Shown here: positions 8,490 through 17,045 of the stretch, in pieces | Position numbering within the stretch: the stretch's first letter is position 1 | Layout: every line of letters begins with the position of its first letter | DNA from: Snowella sp. | GTDB taxonomy: Bacteria; Cyanobacteriota; Cyanobacteriia; Cyanobacteriales; Microcystaceae | DNA length: 17,215 nt | NCBI GenBank assembly: GCA_035285545.1 | Contig: JAYKGY010000148.1 | Location: 1-17,215 of the forward strand | Direction of reading: 5' to 3' | The notes under the pieces: generated by a model | The model's input: the letters and a program-made list of their open reading frames with translations, nothing else | Databases searched by the model: none | What the model was told of the DNA's origin: nothing | Position numbers and translations under genes: made by a program

Positions 8490-9779
8490 ATGACTGCAAC
8501 ACTCAATCCCAGCATCATGAAATCAATCGAGCAACTGGATTATCAAGTGACAGTGGGGGATGTGGCAGCCCAAGCCGGTTTAGAAATTAATTTGGCACAA
8601 CAAGGATTACTCGTTTTAGCCTCAGAAGCAGGGGGACATCTACAAGTGGCGGATTCAGGAGAAATGGTGTTCCTGTTTCCCAAAAATTATCGAACGATTC
8701 TTCGCAACAAGTATTGGCGGCTCCGACTTCAGGAAACCTGGGAGAAAATTTGGAAGGTTCTTTTTTATCTCATTCGCATTTCCTTTGGTATTGTGTTAAT
8801 CGCCTCCATTATTTTGATGATGGTCGCGATCGCTGCCATTTTAATTGCCGTTAATTCAGGCAAGGAGAGTAATAACTCCAGCAATGATAGTGGGGGAGGA
8901 TTTTTCTTTATTCCAACGGATATTTTTTGGATCTTTACCACCGGCGATCGCTATGATTCTTATGAACATTCTGGTCGCAAATCCCGTCAAGTCAAAGGTC
9001 AATTAAACTTTCTAGAAGCAGTTTTCTCTTTTTTATTTGGAGATGGCAACCCTAACAGCAATTTAGACGAAAAACGTTGGCAGGAAATTGGATCTGTTAT
9101 TCGCAATTATGGCGGGGCTGTTACCGCTGAACAAATTGCTCCCTACTTGGATAATATTACCCCGTTAAATCAGGAAACCGAAGACTATATTTTGCCCGTT
9201 CTCGCCCGTTTTAATGGCTATCCCCAAGTCTCACCAGAAGGCGATATTATTTATTATTTTCCTGAATTACAGGTGATGGCCAAACAACGCCGCACGAATA
9301 CCGTAAGTCAGTATTTACAGGAAAAATTATGGCGATTTAGTCAGGCCGAAAGTAGCCAAATTATTTTATCGATTGGGCTAGGTGGTGTCTATATTATTTT
9401 GGCTTTGGTATTAGGAAGCCTATTTCGACAGTATGTGGTTGATATCGCCCTCGTCAGTTTTGTTCAGTTTCTTTATCCGGCGTTGCTTGCCTATGGCATC
9501 GGCTTTTTAGCCATTCCTTTGATTCGTTACTTCTGGATTCAAGCCAAAAATAAACGTATTGAAGCTCGCAATCAACAACGTCAAGCCAGAGCCAATCAAA
9601 TTACCCATCCTAACCAAACGCTACGCCAAAAACTCCAATTTGCCCGCCAATTTGCGAATCAAACCGTCATTACCGAGGCCGATATTGCCTATTCAACGGA
9701 TCAAGATTTATTAGAACAGGAAGCCAATCGTTCTGACAAAATTGATCAAGAATGGCAAAAACATCTTGACTCAAAATAG
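8490..9779 (+). CDS. Conserved cyanobacterial/chloroplast-type membrane protein of unknown function (At5g03900-like by recollection)
   Basis: 429 aa; N-terminal VTVGDVAAQAGL HTH-like segment, FLEAVFSFLFGDGNPN motif, three to four hydrophobic segments. Confidence 0.75.
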   Translation: MTATLNPSIMKSIEQLDYQVTVGDVAAQAGLEINLAQQGLLVLASEAGGHLQVADSGEMVFLFPKNYRTILRNKYWRLRLQETWEKIWKVLFYLIRISFGIVLIASIILMMVAIAAILIAVNSGKESNNSSNDSGGGFFFIPTDIFWIFTTGDRYDSYEHSGRKSRQVKGQLNFLEAVFSFLFGDGNPNSNLDEKRWQEIGSVIRNYGGAVTAEQIAPYLDNITPLNQETEDYILPVLARFNGYPQVSPEGDIIYYFPELQVMAKQRRTNTVSQYLQEKLWRFSQAESSQIILSIGLGGVYIILALVLGSLFRQYVVDIALVSFVQFLYPALLAYGIGFLAIPLIRYFWIQAKNKRIEARNQQRQARANQITHPNQTLRQKLQFARQFANQTVITEADIAYSTDQDLLEQEANRSDKIDQEWQKHLDSK

Positions 9780-9824
9780 GTTGTTTACAAAAGCTCAATA
9801 GCAGGTTGCAATTCCCTATAAAAC

Positions 9825-9870
9825 GTGGGGCAGACATCTTGCCCGTTTACAGGTTTCTAGGCTGTTCCAC
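9825..9870. repeat. Inverted doublet of GTGG-type REP-like palindromes
   Basis: GTGGGGCAGACATCTTGCCCGT on + (9825-9846) and GTGGAACAGCCTAGAAACCTGT on - (9849-9870); each is an imperfect hairpin; lies between convergent genes. Confidence 0.55.
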
Positions 9871-9934
9871 TATCTAATCATTAATTAAGCTTACTGAATG
9901 CTTCTATGGATTAATGTCATAACACCATTTGCAT

Positions 9935-10357
9935 TCAATGAGATGAATGGGGTTTGGATTTTTTGGGGTCTCGATGAACTTGTGGAAATCCTAGCGGCTT
10001 AATTTCTTGCTCTCTTCTGACTGCTTCTAATTGTTTTAATTCGGTGTAATCTACCCAATGAATGCAATCAACGGGGCAGGTATCCATCGCTTCTTGAATA
10101 ATTTCTTCTGAATGTCCATCCTGGTTATATACCCGCGATCGCCCATAGTCAGGCTCAATGTAAAACGTATTAGGGGCAACATGGGCGCAATGCTTACAAC
10201 CAATGCAGGTTATCTCATCCACATAAACGCCCTTTTCCCGTAGTTCACCGCCCAACTCCGGTTCAAAACCCGACCGATCTGACGTATCCCGAAAAAATCC
10301 CCCTAACTCCGGCTCAAAACCAGAGCGATCAGGGGGAACAGAAAAATTAGTAGCCAT
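9935..10357 (-). CDS. Bacterial-type [4Fe-4S] ferredoxin, Fed7/Sll0662-like; true start probably the ATG at 10357 (140 aa)
   Basis: CIGCKHC...CPVDCIHW cysteine motif; ATG overlaps the ycf35 stop (TAATG), which favours it over the upstream ORF-track start. Confidence 0.9.
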   Translation of the reverse strand: MATNFSVPPDRSGFEPELGGFFRDTSDRSGFEPELGGELREKGVYVDEITCIGCKHCAHVAPNTFYIEPDYGRSRVYNQDGHSEEIIQEAMDTCPVDCIHWVDYTELKQLEAVRREQEIKPLGFPQVHRDPKKSKPHSSH

Positions 10358-10743
10358 TAGGCACTCCAACGTTGAACAACCAAACGGATCGAACCATCTT
10401 GATTTTTTTCTTGTTCAGCAACTTGAAAACCTTGCTTTGCGGATTCCTGTAAAATTGTTTCTAAGGCGTAACCCTGGGTCACTTGTTTTAAGAAACCCTC
10501 TACTGAAAGGGGCTGTTGCCAATACTGCATATCTGCCACCAATTCGTACTCCTGACCATTCCAGCGAAAACCAATATCGTAGTTATTATCCTGTTCTACT
10601 ACGACTTCAGCCGTTAGGCTTTGACCTTGATAGCCTCTCACTTCGCGGGGGCCCTCTTTCCAATCAATTCCTAAATTGGTGAGAGAAGTTTTCAGAGCAG
10701 ACAGATTCCGAATTTTGGTTTTGATGTTGCTAAAGTGTGACAT
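10357..10743 (-). CDS. ycf35: Ycf35 / DUF1257 protein
   Basis: MSHFSNIKTKI start, DIGFRWNGQEYELVAD, and DGSIRLVVQRW end; typical position between DUF2997 and ferredoxin. Confidence 0.9.
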   Translation of the reverse strand: MSHFSNIKTKIRNLSALKTSLTNLGIDWKEGPREVRGYQGQSLTAEVVVEQDNNYDIGFRWNGQEYELVADMQYWQQPLSVEGFLKQVTQGYALETILQESAKQGFQVAEQEKNQDGSIRLVVQRWSA

Positions 10744-10800
10744 AAGCTTAATAGATAAAACTCAATGAGATGAATATTTAAAATTTATTTTTAGCCAAAA

Positions 10801-11016
10801 TCACCAATCGCTTAATGCCGTTGGATTATCAGCACTAATGAACTGAGTCGCTTTTTGACTGTAATAATCAGCCGTATTTTCTTGGGAAAGAACCTGACCT
10901 AGTTGCGCCTCAATAGCAGCAGTAACCTCCTGACAAGAAGCTCCGACAATGCCCGTCACCATTTCCTTAACGCGGCCATCAGGGTAGATGATAAATTCTA
11001 AGGTTTCCATATTCAT
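10801..11016 (-). CDS. DUF2997 family protein
   Basis: METLEFIIYPDGRVKE.VTGIVGASCQEVTAAIEAQLG motif; first gene of the ycf35 operon; start may be the second Met (11010). Confidence 0.88.
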   Translation of the reverse strand: MNMETLEFIIYPDGRVKEMVTGIVGASCQEVTAAIEAQLGQVLSQENTADYYSQKATQFISADNPTALSDW

Positions 11017-11382
11017 GGGGATTCCTCATGACTTAACCGTCTATCTTGAAGCGGATTAAGGGCTGTTGTCAATTCTGACATGGGCTAAATCTTGAGTTAA
11101 TTGTAATGAGTACGTTTAGAATTTTAGCAAAAATTAATATTAAAAACAGAATTTACTCAAGTTTTTGTAAACGTTTTGCAATAGTATGACGAATGGGTGC
11201 ATCCTAGTTAGAACAGAGCATAAACACTTAAAAGAGACGAGCGATTAAGAGAAGTTTTGGCACAAGCTCGTAGACAGCATTTTCTGAGATGGGGGTTTAT
11301 CGCTACCTTCTTTTCTCATCCCAGCTTTTTAGCTTGTTTACGTCCTATTTAAGTCTCCGATAATCATTTTCCCTTTTCGTCT

Positions 11383-12132
11383 TCACTTTTCTTCCTTGTC
11401 TAGTTCCGAAGATTGAATCCGTTGGAAATAACGGCTGGATTTCGGCGGTAAGGGTAATTGTAGCCCTTCATGAAAATCCTGCTGAACCTTATAAGTTAAA
11501 CGGGGCGAAACTTGACGAATAATTTCAGCGAGGAGACGATCGCCGGTTTTACGAATCAATGCCATCGGTAACTTGTAGATATATTTCGGGAAAAAGACCG
11601 CGACATCCATGTGGAGTTGCCACTGGACTTTGGTAACCATTTCAGGCAACTCGGTAACGCCCTGTTTACGATAAACTTTTTCCAGTCCTTCTCCTGCCTG
11701 CGATCGCGGAATTTCTTGAAGCGTCATCACCGCTTGGTAGTCCACTTCATAACCGAGAAAAGTGGGATCGGGTAACGGAACTGTGTGCATAAAATATTGC
11801 CCATCTTGTGGCGGTTCAAGGACAACAGCCATTTTCGGCTCCACATCAAACCCCAACGCACCAAAACGCCCCACCGTTAAAACATAGCCATTTTCTCCCA
11901 AGGGTTCCACCGTCATCGGTTGAGCGCAACGACAAAACCACCCTTCGTGGGCTTGCAGATACTGCGCTACGGTCTCTCCATCACTATACATCTCCATTGA
12001 ACCTTCAAAATGGGTTTGGAAATGAACTGCCTTGGAGGTTACGCTCTCTTCTGCAACCTCTGTCACAGTTGGGGTAACAGAATCTGGAAAATCAACGAAT
12101 TCGGGAGAAATTGCTTGGCTCTGCATAACCAT
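11383..12132 (-). CDS. DUF1997 family protein
   Basis: YLQAHEGWFCRCAQPM, GRFGALGFDVEP and TGDRLLAEIIRQVSPRLTYKVQQDFH motifs. Confidence 0.85.
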   Translation of the reverse strand: MVMQSQAISPEFVDFPDSVTPTVTEVAEESVTSKAVHFQTHFEGSMEMYSDGETVAQYLQAHEGWFCRCAQPMTVEPLGENGYVLTVGRFGALGFDVEPKMAVVLEPPQDGQYFMHTVPLPDPTFLGYEVDYQAVMTLQEIPRSQAGEGLEKVYRKQGVTELPEMVTKVQWQLHMDVAVFFPKYIYKLPMALIRKTGDRLLAEIIRQVSPRLTYKVQQDFHEGLQLPLPPKSSRYFQRIQSSELDKEEK

Positions 12133-12293
12133 TATCCTAGAAGTAGAAGGGCGTGAATAGGGGGCTAGGGAGATGGATGAGTCCTCTCACAAATTTTAGA
12201 GAATTCTGGCATCCTGACGCTTTATAAAAGTTAATATAATGAATAATTAAAATAAAAAATTTTTTAACAGATTTCTGTATTTGAGGTAGCAAG

Positions 12294-12950
12294 ATGAAAG
12301 CATTCGTGGCTGGCGCAACCGGTGGAACAGGACGCTGGATTGTTCAAGAGTTAGTTAATCGCCAAATTCCGGTTAAAGCATTAGTCCGTGATTTAGAAAC
12401 CGCTCAATCCATTTTGCCGTCTGAAGCCGAGTTGGTTGTTGGAGATGTTCTTAAACCCGAAACCTGGAAAGCCGCGATCGCAGATTGTACCGTTTTACTG
12501 TGTGCTACCGGGGCGAAACCGAGTTTTGACTTTACCGGGCCGATGCAAGTGGATTATTTCGGCACTAAAAATTTAGTCGATGGGGCTAAAGAAGCGGGAA
12601 TTGAACAATTTGTCTTAGTAACCTCCCTTTGTGTATCGAAGTTTTTCCATCCTTTAAATCTGTTTTGGTTAATCTTATTTTGGAAACAGCAAGCGGAAAA
12701 CTATCTGCGTTCCAGTGGCTTAACCTACACAATTGTGCGACCCGGTGGACTTAAGAATGAGGATAATACCGATTCCATTGTCACGTCATCCGCAGATACC
12801 CTGTTTGAGGGCAGCATTCCCCGCCAAAAAGTCGCGCATATTTGCGTAGAATCCCTCTTTCAACCGAGTGCTAAAAATAAAGTCGTTGAGATTGTGGCTA
12901 AGGCAGATGCTCCAAACTTAGAGGCTGAGGCACTTTTTGCTAGGGTTTAG
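12294..12950 (+). CDS. NAD(P)H-binding atypical SDR family oxidoreductase (Tic62/Ycf39-related)
   Basis: VAGATGGTG Rossmann motif, VDYFGTKNLVD, YTIVRPGGL; GAGG SD upstream. Confidence 0.92.
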   Translation: MKAFVAGATGGTGRWIVQELVNRQIPVKALVRDLETAQSILPSEAELVVGDVLKPETWKAAIADCTVLLCATGAKPSFDFTGPMQVDYFGTKNLVDGAKEAGIEQFVLVTSLCVSKFFHPLNLFWLILFWKQQAENYLRSSGLTYTIVRPGGLKNEDNTDSIVTSSADTLFEGSIPRQKVAHICVESLFQPSAKNKVVEIVAKADAPNLEAEALFARV

Positions 12951-12978
12951 TTTAATGAAGATGAGTTAAAGGGGGAGT

Positions 12979-13968
12979 ATGAATACTGTTGATTATTTAC
13001 GAATTAGTCTAATTGATCGGTGTAATTTTCGGTGTCAATATTGCTTACCTGAAGACCAAGAATTAGATTATATTCTGCAACAGGATCTACTCACCCAATC
13101 AGAATTATTAACCTTATTAAAAGAGGTTTTTATTCCTGTTGGTTTCCGCAAATTTCGGCTAACGGGGGGAGAACCGTTACTCCGTCCTGATATTGTCAAT
13201 ATTGTTCAGGCGATCGCGGATTTACCTGAAACGGAAGATTTAGCCTTAACCACCAATGCTTTTTACTTAACCGAGTTAGCCCAGGATTTATACGATGCGG
13301 GGTTACGGAGAATTAATATTAGCCTAGATTCTTTGGAGCCTGAAATTTTTAATCAAATTATTGGCAATCGGGGACGCGATCGCTGGCAAAAAACCTGGTT
13401 AGGGATTCAAAGAGCCTATGAAGTGGGGTTTAATCCTTTAAAGTTAAACGTAGTAATTATTCCTAATGTTAACGATCATGAAGTCGAAGCCTTAGCTGCT
13501 TTAACCTTAGAACAAAATTGGCACGTCCGCTTTATTGAATTTATGCCGATTGGTAATTCAGACCTCTTTCAAGAAAGAGCCTGGGTTCCTTCAGAAGAAC
13601 TGCGGCAGCGAATCCGACAAAAATGGGGTTTAATCACTTCTCAAGTAAGAGGAAATGGCCCTGCTGATGTCTTCCAAATTCCAGGCGCGAAAGGGACACT
13701 AGGATTTATTAGTCAGATGTCCGAATGTTTCTGCGATCGCTGTAATCGGATGCGCTTATCTGCTGATGGTTGGTTACGCCCTTGTCTATTAAATGAAACA
13801 GGACAATTAGATTTAAAAACTGCCCTACGTCAAGGAATTTCAACGAAAGATTTAAAACAACAAGTGGAAATATTATTGCAGTTAAAACCAGAAATTAACT
13901 TCAAAGAACGTCATTCAGGAACCCAAAAAGGAACTTACTCTCGAACAATGTCTCAAATTGGCGGTTAA
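12979..13968 (+). CDS. moaA: GTP 3',8-cyclase (molybdenum cofactor biosynthesis, radical SAM)
   Basis: [40 protein letters not shown] and C-terminal MSQIGG; GGGGAG SD upstream. Confidence 0.97.
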   Translation: MNTVDYLRISLIDRCNFRCQYCLPEDQELDYILQQDLLTQSELLTLLKEVFIPVGFRKFRLTGGEPLLRPDIVNIVQAIADLPETEDLALTTNAFYLTELAQDLYDAGLRRINISLDSLEPEIFNQIIGNRGRDRWQKTWLGIQRAYEVGFNPLKLNVVIIPNVNDHEVEALAALTLEQNWHVRFIEFMPIGNSDLFQERAWVPSEELRQRIRQKWGLITSQVRGNGPADVFQIPGAKGTLGFISQMSECFCDRCNRMRLSADGWLRPCLLNETGQLDLKTALRQGISTKDLKQQVEILLQLKPEINFKERHSGTQKGTYSRTMSQIGG

Positions 13969-13978
13969 TGAAAAATTT

Positions 13979-14641
13979 TTAACTCGATAAAGTGATTTTT
14001 TCCACAAATTCTTTTGTAATACTCGTTTCTGCTCTTGTATAAACGTAGGTTTGTGGCTCCGTTAACTTATGGGTTGTAAATACCTTTTCAGCCCGTTCCC
14101 AAAAATCCGTATCTTCTCCGTAGGGAATGGGATTAAATCCTTTAAGCTCAAAAAAAACTTTTCGTTTACCAAAAAACGTCGGGCCTAAGACACATTCCCG
14201 TAAATTAATGGTTTTTCCTGCTTGAAAATAATCAGCCACAAAAATTTCCTCCTCGCTATAAAATCCCCCTTGAATTAAATCAACTTCTGGATGCTCTTGC
14301 AGATATTCATAACGGGACTGTAAATGAGTGGGTTGGTAACTATCGTCACTATCAATAAAAGTTAAATAACTTCCAAAACTGGCTTGAATTCCTGCATTTT
14401 TAGAAAAGCCTAATTTGCGATTTTTATGTTTTACATAGCGAATATTATTAAGATCTTCAAGATAGGGTTGAACGATTTCAAAGGTTTCGTCTTGGCTTCC
14501 ATCATCAATAATTACCAACTCCCAATTCTCAAAAGTTTGATTGACGACGCTATCAATACAGTTGTTGAGATGATTAGCACGATTATAGGTACATAAAATC
14601 ACACTAATTTGAGGTTGAATATCGAAGGTAATAGGACTCAT
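13979..14641 (-). CDS. Glycosyltransferase family 2
   Basis: ISVILCTYNR, LVIIDDGSQD, FIDSDD (DxD motif) and GEDTDFW. Confidence 0.93.
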   Translation of the reverse strand: MSPITFDIQPQISVILCTYNRANHLNNCIDSVVNQTFENWELVIIDDGSQDETFEIVQPYLEDLNNIRYVKHKNRKLGFSKNAGIQASFGSYLTFIDSDDSYQPTHLQSRYEYLQEHPEVDLIQGGFYSEEEIFVADYFQAGKTINLRECVLGPTFFGKRKVFFELKGFNPIPYGEDTDFWERAEKVFTTHKLTEPQTYVYTRAETSITKEFVEKITLSS

Positions 14642-14699
14642 AGGAATTCAATATTTAGAATTAAAATTAACCGTTTTAATCACTTTGGATAAACTAATT

Positions 14700-15803
14700 T
14701 TATTTTTGGGCAACAATACAGGTCGCCACAGGATAATCAGGATGAAAAGCATCCAATTCTTCAGTTGTTAATTCTTCGGTTGCAATGCCTTGATAACTCG
14801 CGATCGCGGTCATGGGATTACCGTAAACGTATGACTGTTGCTGAGAAAAATTGCGAAAAATATAAGCAAAAGCATCGGGTAAGGGTCGCCAGTAATCCAT
14901 CGGAGTTGCATGAAGTCGAATTGCACTCGGAACCATCGCAAAACACTTTCCACCAGGCTTGAGCCACTGCCAAATATTTTCGACGGCAACCCAAGGTGCG
15001 TAACAATGCTCTAGAACATTGAAAATAATAATTGAATCAAAAGATGCTGGCTCAATAATCGACGTATCATGGACATCCCCAACAATGTCAACCCCTAAGC
15101 CCGATTCAATATTGAGAATTTTATAGGAATCTCCCTGATTGACTTCGTAAAAATCCTTATCCTTTGGTGTGCCCCCAATTTCAAGAATATTTCCTTGAAT
15201 TTCGTGACGGATAGCCCCAATAAATTGGCTGAGATAGTAGCGATCAACGGGGGTTCCCCTCGTTAAACCAAAGGCTTGACAAATTGGAACAGGTTTACGG
15301 AAATCTCCCCAATTAATGCTTCCCGTTGCGGGGGAAAGAAGCCCTAGATTTTCTAGCTGCTTGACTAAGTGAGTAAATGCTTCAAAATTCTTAATTGAAT
15401 TTAAATCATTTTCTAACGGAACTTGGGCAAATAGCGGAGGTAAAAGATGATAATTATTTTCGCTTAACGTCTCTAAATTAAACACACTATCTTTTTCAAT
15501 AAAGCTCCGAAAACCTCTACCAAATAGCGTGATTTTTCCTTCTCCTAATTGAACAATGCCTTCCTCCAACAATTGTTGATAGGGTTGTAAATTATTAATA
15601 GGTTTTGGATTAGAATCGACGTTAATTTTCTCAAAAATTTTGTAAGCTTTTTCTAAAGAATGCTCATGAACAAAAATTTCAAGTACGCTTAACCAAGATT
15701 TTCGAGAAATAAGATCGGCTGTTTTTTTACTCCAAGCAAAAATCGCATACAAATTATTATTTTCTATTTTTAAAAAGGCATTGGTAACGTACTGTTTTGT
15801 CAT
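14700..15803 (-). CDS. Class I SAM-dependent methyltransferase with an N-terminal extension of about 160 aa
   Basis: ILEIGG (motif I), FDSIIIFNVLEH, LKPGG and DYWR motifs, preceded by FGLTRGTPVDRYY. Confidence 0.85.
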   Translation of the reverse strand: MTKQYVTNAFLKIENNNLYAIFAWSKKTADLISRKSWLSVLEIFVHEHSLEKAYKIFEKINVDSNPKPINNLQPYQQLLEEGIVQLGEGKITLFGRGFRSFIEKDSVFNLETLSENNYHLLPPLFAQVPLENDLNSIKNFEAFTHLVKQLENLGLLSPATGSINWGDFRKPVPICQAFGLTRGTPVDRYYLSQFIGAIRHEIQGNILEIGGTPKDKDFYEVNQGDSYKILNIESGLGVDIVGDVHDTSIIEPASFDSIIIFNVLEHCYAPWVAVENIWQWLKPGGKCFAMVPSAIRLHATPMDYWRPLPDAFAYIFRNFSQQQSYVYGNPMTAIASYQGIATEELTTEELDAFHPDYPVATCIVAQK

Positions 15804-15853
15804 GAAGCTATAATATTAATTAACCTTAATTTGGCCGTTAAAATAACTTCAAC

Positions 15854-15859
15854 ATTATA
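15854..15859 (-). promoter_or_regulatory. Probable -10 element for the methyltransferase-GT2 operon
   Basis: Perfect TATAAT on the minus strand about 50 bp upstream of the ATG. Confidence 0.45.
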
Positions 15860-15970
15860 CCCGCATCAGGGAACGCCCTAAAGATTTTGAGTCGCGCTCG
15901 ATACGGGATGATGGAGCAAGATAACCGCGATCGCGGATACATCGACTCAAAGCAGTACGGAGAAACAAGA

Positions 15971-15999
15971 TCGGCATTGCGGACAAGTCATGCTAGGAT
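15971..15999 (+). promoter_or_regulatory. Probable psbK promoter with an extended -10
   Basis: TCGGCA - 17 bp - TAGGAT, with TG at the extended -10 position (15991-15992); 54 bp upstream of the psbK ATG. Confidence 0.5.
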
Positions 16000-16053
16000 C
16001 TTTGTTAATCAACCGATGTATTATATCAGCCTGTTATAAAGGGAACTCAAACA

Positions 16054-16191
16054 ATGGAAATCGCTCTATTATTGGCTAAATTGCCCGAAGCTTATCAGAT
16101 TTTTGATCCTCTCGTGGATGTTTTACCTGTTATTCCCGTTTTCTTTTTATTACTCGCTTTTGTTTGGCAGGCCGCTGTTGGCTTCAAATAA
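16054..16191 (+). CDS. psbK: Photosystem II reaction center protein K
   Basis: Manual translation gives [45 protein letters not shown] (45 aa), a canonical PsbK; absent from the ORF track. Confidence 0.98.
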   Translation: MEIALLLAKLPEAYQIFDPLVDVLPVIPVFFLLLAFVWQAAVGFK

Positions 16192-16221
16192 TTCCAATAA
16201 ATTGAACAGACGGATCAAAGT

Positions 16222-16248
16222 GGGGCATCTTTTGGTAGATGCCTTTTT
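16222..16248 (+). terminator. Rho-independent terminator of psbK
   Basis: Stem GGCATCT (16224-16230) / AGATGCC (16237-16243) followed by TTTTT. Confidence 0.8.
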
Positions 16249-16298
16249 AATGTCTATTTATCCATTAAATATCCCAATTGTAGGTTATTAGCCCGTTT

Positions 16299-17045
16299 TT
16301 AGGGATTAATCTCAACCTGAATTTGTTCAAGATGGCTAATGATAGCGTCAGCATTTTTAAGATGGGTTGCTTGTGCCTGTCCCCAACAAATTCCGATCGC
16401 GGCGGCGGCTCCTGCTTTTTGAGACATATCAATATCTCCCTGGGAATCCCCCACCATGATGGTTGCTTGAGGGCTGACTCCCAATGACTGACAGGCTTTG
16501 AGAAAAAATTCAGGATTAGGTTTACTTAAGCCCTGGTCGGCTCCCATGCGTAGGGGAATATAGGCTCCGAGTTCGTGTTCTGCAACAAACCGTTCAATAC
16601 TTGCCGTTCGCGCCGCCGATAAAATAGCTAATTTTAAGCCTGCTTCCGATAGATTTTTAATCACTTCTAAACTGCCTGCAAACAAAGGTGAAGTTTTAGC
16701 ATTCGGTTGACAATATTGATCAGCTTCGACAAAACTGGATCGCGCGATCGCTAACGCTTCAAACCAACTTTTGCCAGTTTCCGCAATATAGGCAGCAGCG
16801 GCAATTTCATTTTCCTGACGACTCCCAACGGCCATTAATCCAGTGGGATCGAGATGATTATTATGAATACCAAAGGCCATTAATAACGGATCACCAATGC
16901 CTGGAATTTGAGAATCGATTAATCTAGCCCGTTTAATGCCTAACTCCCGTAAATAAGCCTGCGAATCTTCGAGCGTTCCATCCTTATCAAAAATAACCGC
17001 TTCAATCGATTTAAAGACCTGTTGACCGCAACGAATTGTAACCAA
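16299..17045 (-). CDS. HAD family hydrolase (phosphoglycolate phosphatase-like), TTG start
   Basis: IFDKDGTL motif I, KPNP, MVGDSQGD motif IV; AGGAGG SD just upstream of the TTG. Confidence 0.92.
   Translation of the reverse strand: MVTIRCGQQVFKSIEAVIFDKDGTLEDSQAYLRELGIKRARLIDSQIPGIGDPLLMAFGIHNNHLDPTGLMAVGSRQENEIAAAAYIAETGKSWFEALAIARSSFVEADQYCQPNAKTSPLFAGSLEVIKNLSEAGLKLAILSAARTASIERFVAEHELGAYIPLRMGADQGLSKPNPEFFLKACQSLGVSPQATIMVGDSQGDIDMSQKAGAAAAIGICWGQAQATHLKNADAIISHLEQIQVEINP

Larger units (their letters stand above)
768..16751. repeat. Dispersed HIP1 octamers (GCGATCGC), about 21 exact copies
   Basis: Counted by eye at about 768, 2556, 2822, 3068, 3176, 4570, 5970, 6268, 7485, 7941, 8826, 8944, 10135, 11700, 12474, 13210, 13376, 13733, 14800, 15927 and 16744. 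Confidence 0.93.

Noticed and set aside
10437..10682. 81-aa + strand ORF
   Set aside because: Antisense to ycf35.
11166..11180. TGTA-N7-TGCA as an NtcA or HLR1 site
   Set aside because: Spacing and half-site fit neither GTA-N8-TAC nor the HLR1 direct repeat.
11808..12077. 89-aa + strand ORF
   Set aside because: Antisense to DUF1997.
14765..15006. Two short ORFs (65 aa +, 62 aa -) inside the methyltransferase gene
   Set aside because: Shadow or out-of-frame ORFs with no independent support.
15826..15842. TAATTTGGCCGTTAA resembling the moaA 3' end, as a possible second gene-end duplication flanking the GT2/methyltransferase unit
   Set aside because: Only about 12/15 nt match, it does not extend, it does not preserve the peptide and it is not at a HIP1 site; consistent with chance.
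15908..16039. 43-aa ORF (MMEQDNRDRG...) upstream of psbK as a possible peptide precursor
   Set aside because: Runs across the predicted psbK promoter and has no recognisable leader or core features.
16103..16291. 62-aa + strand ORF in the track
   Set aside because: Wrong frame over psbK and runs through its terminator.
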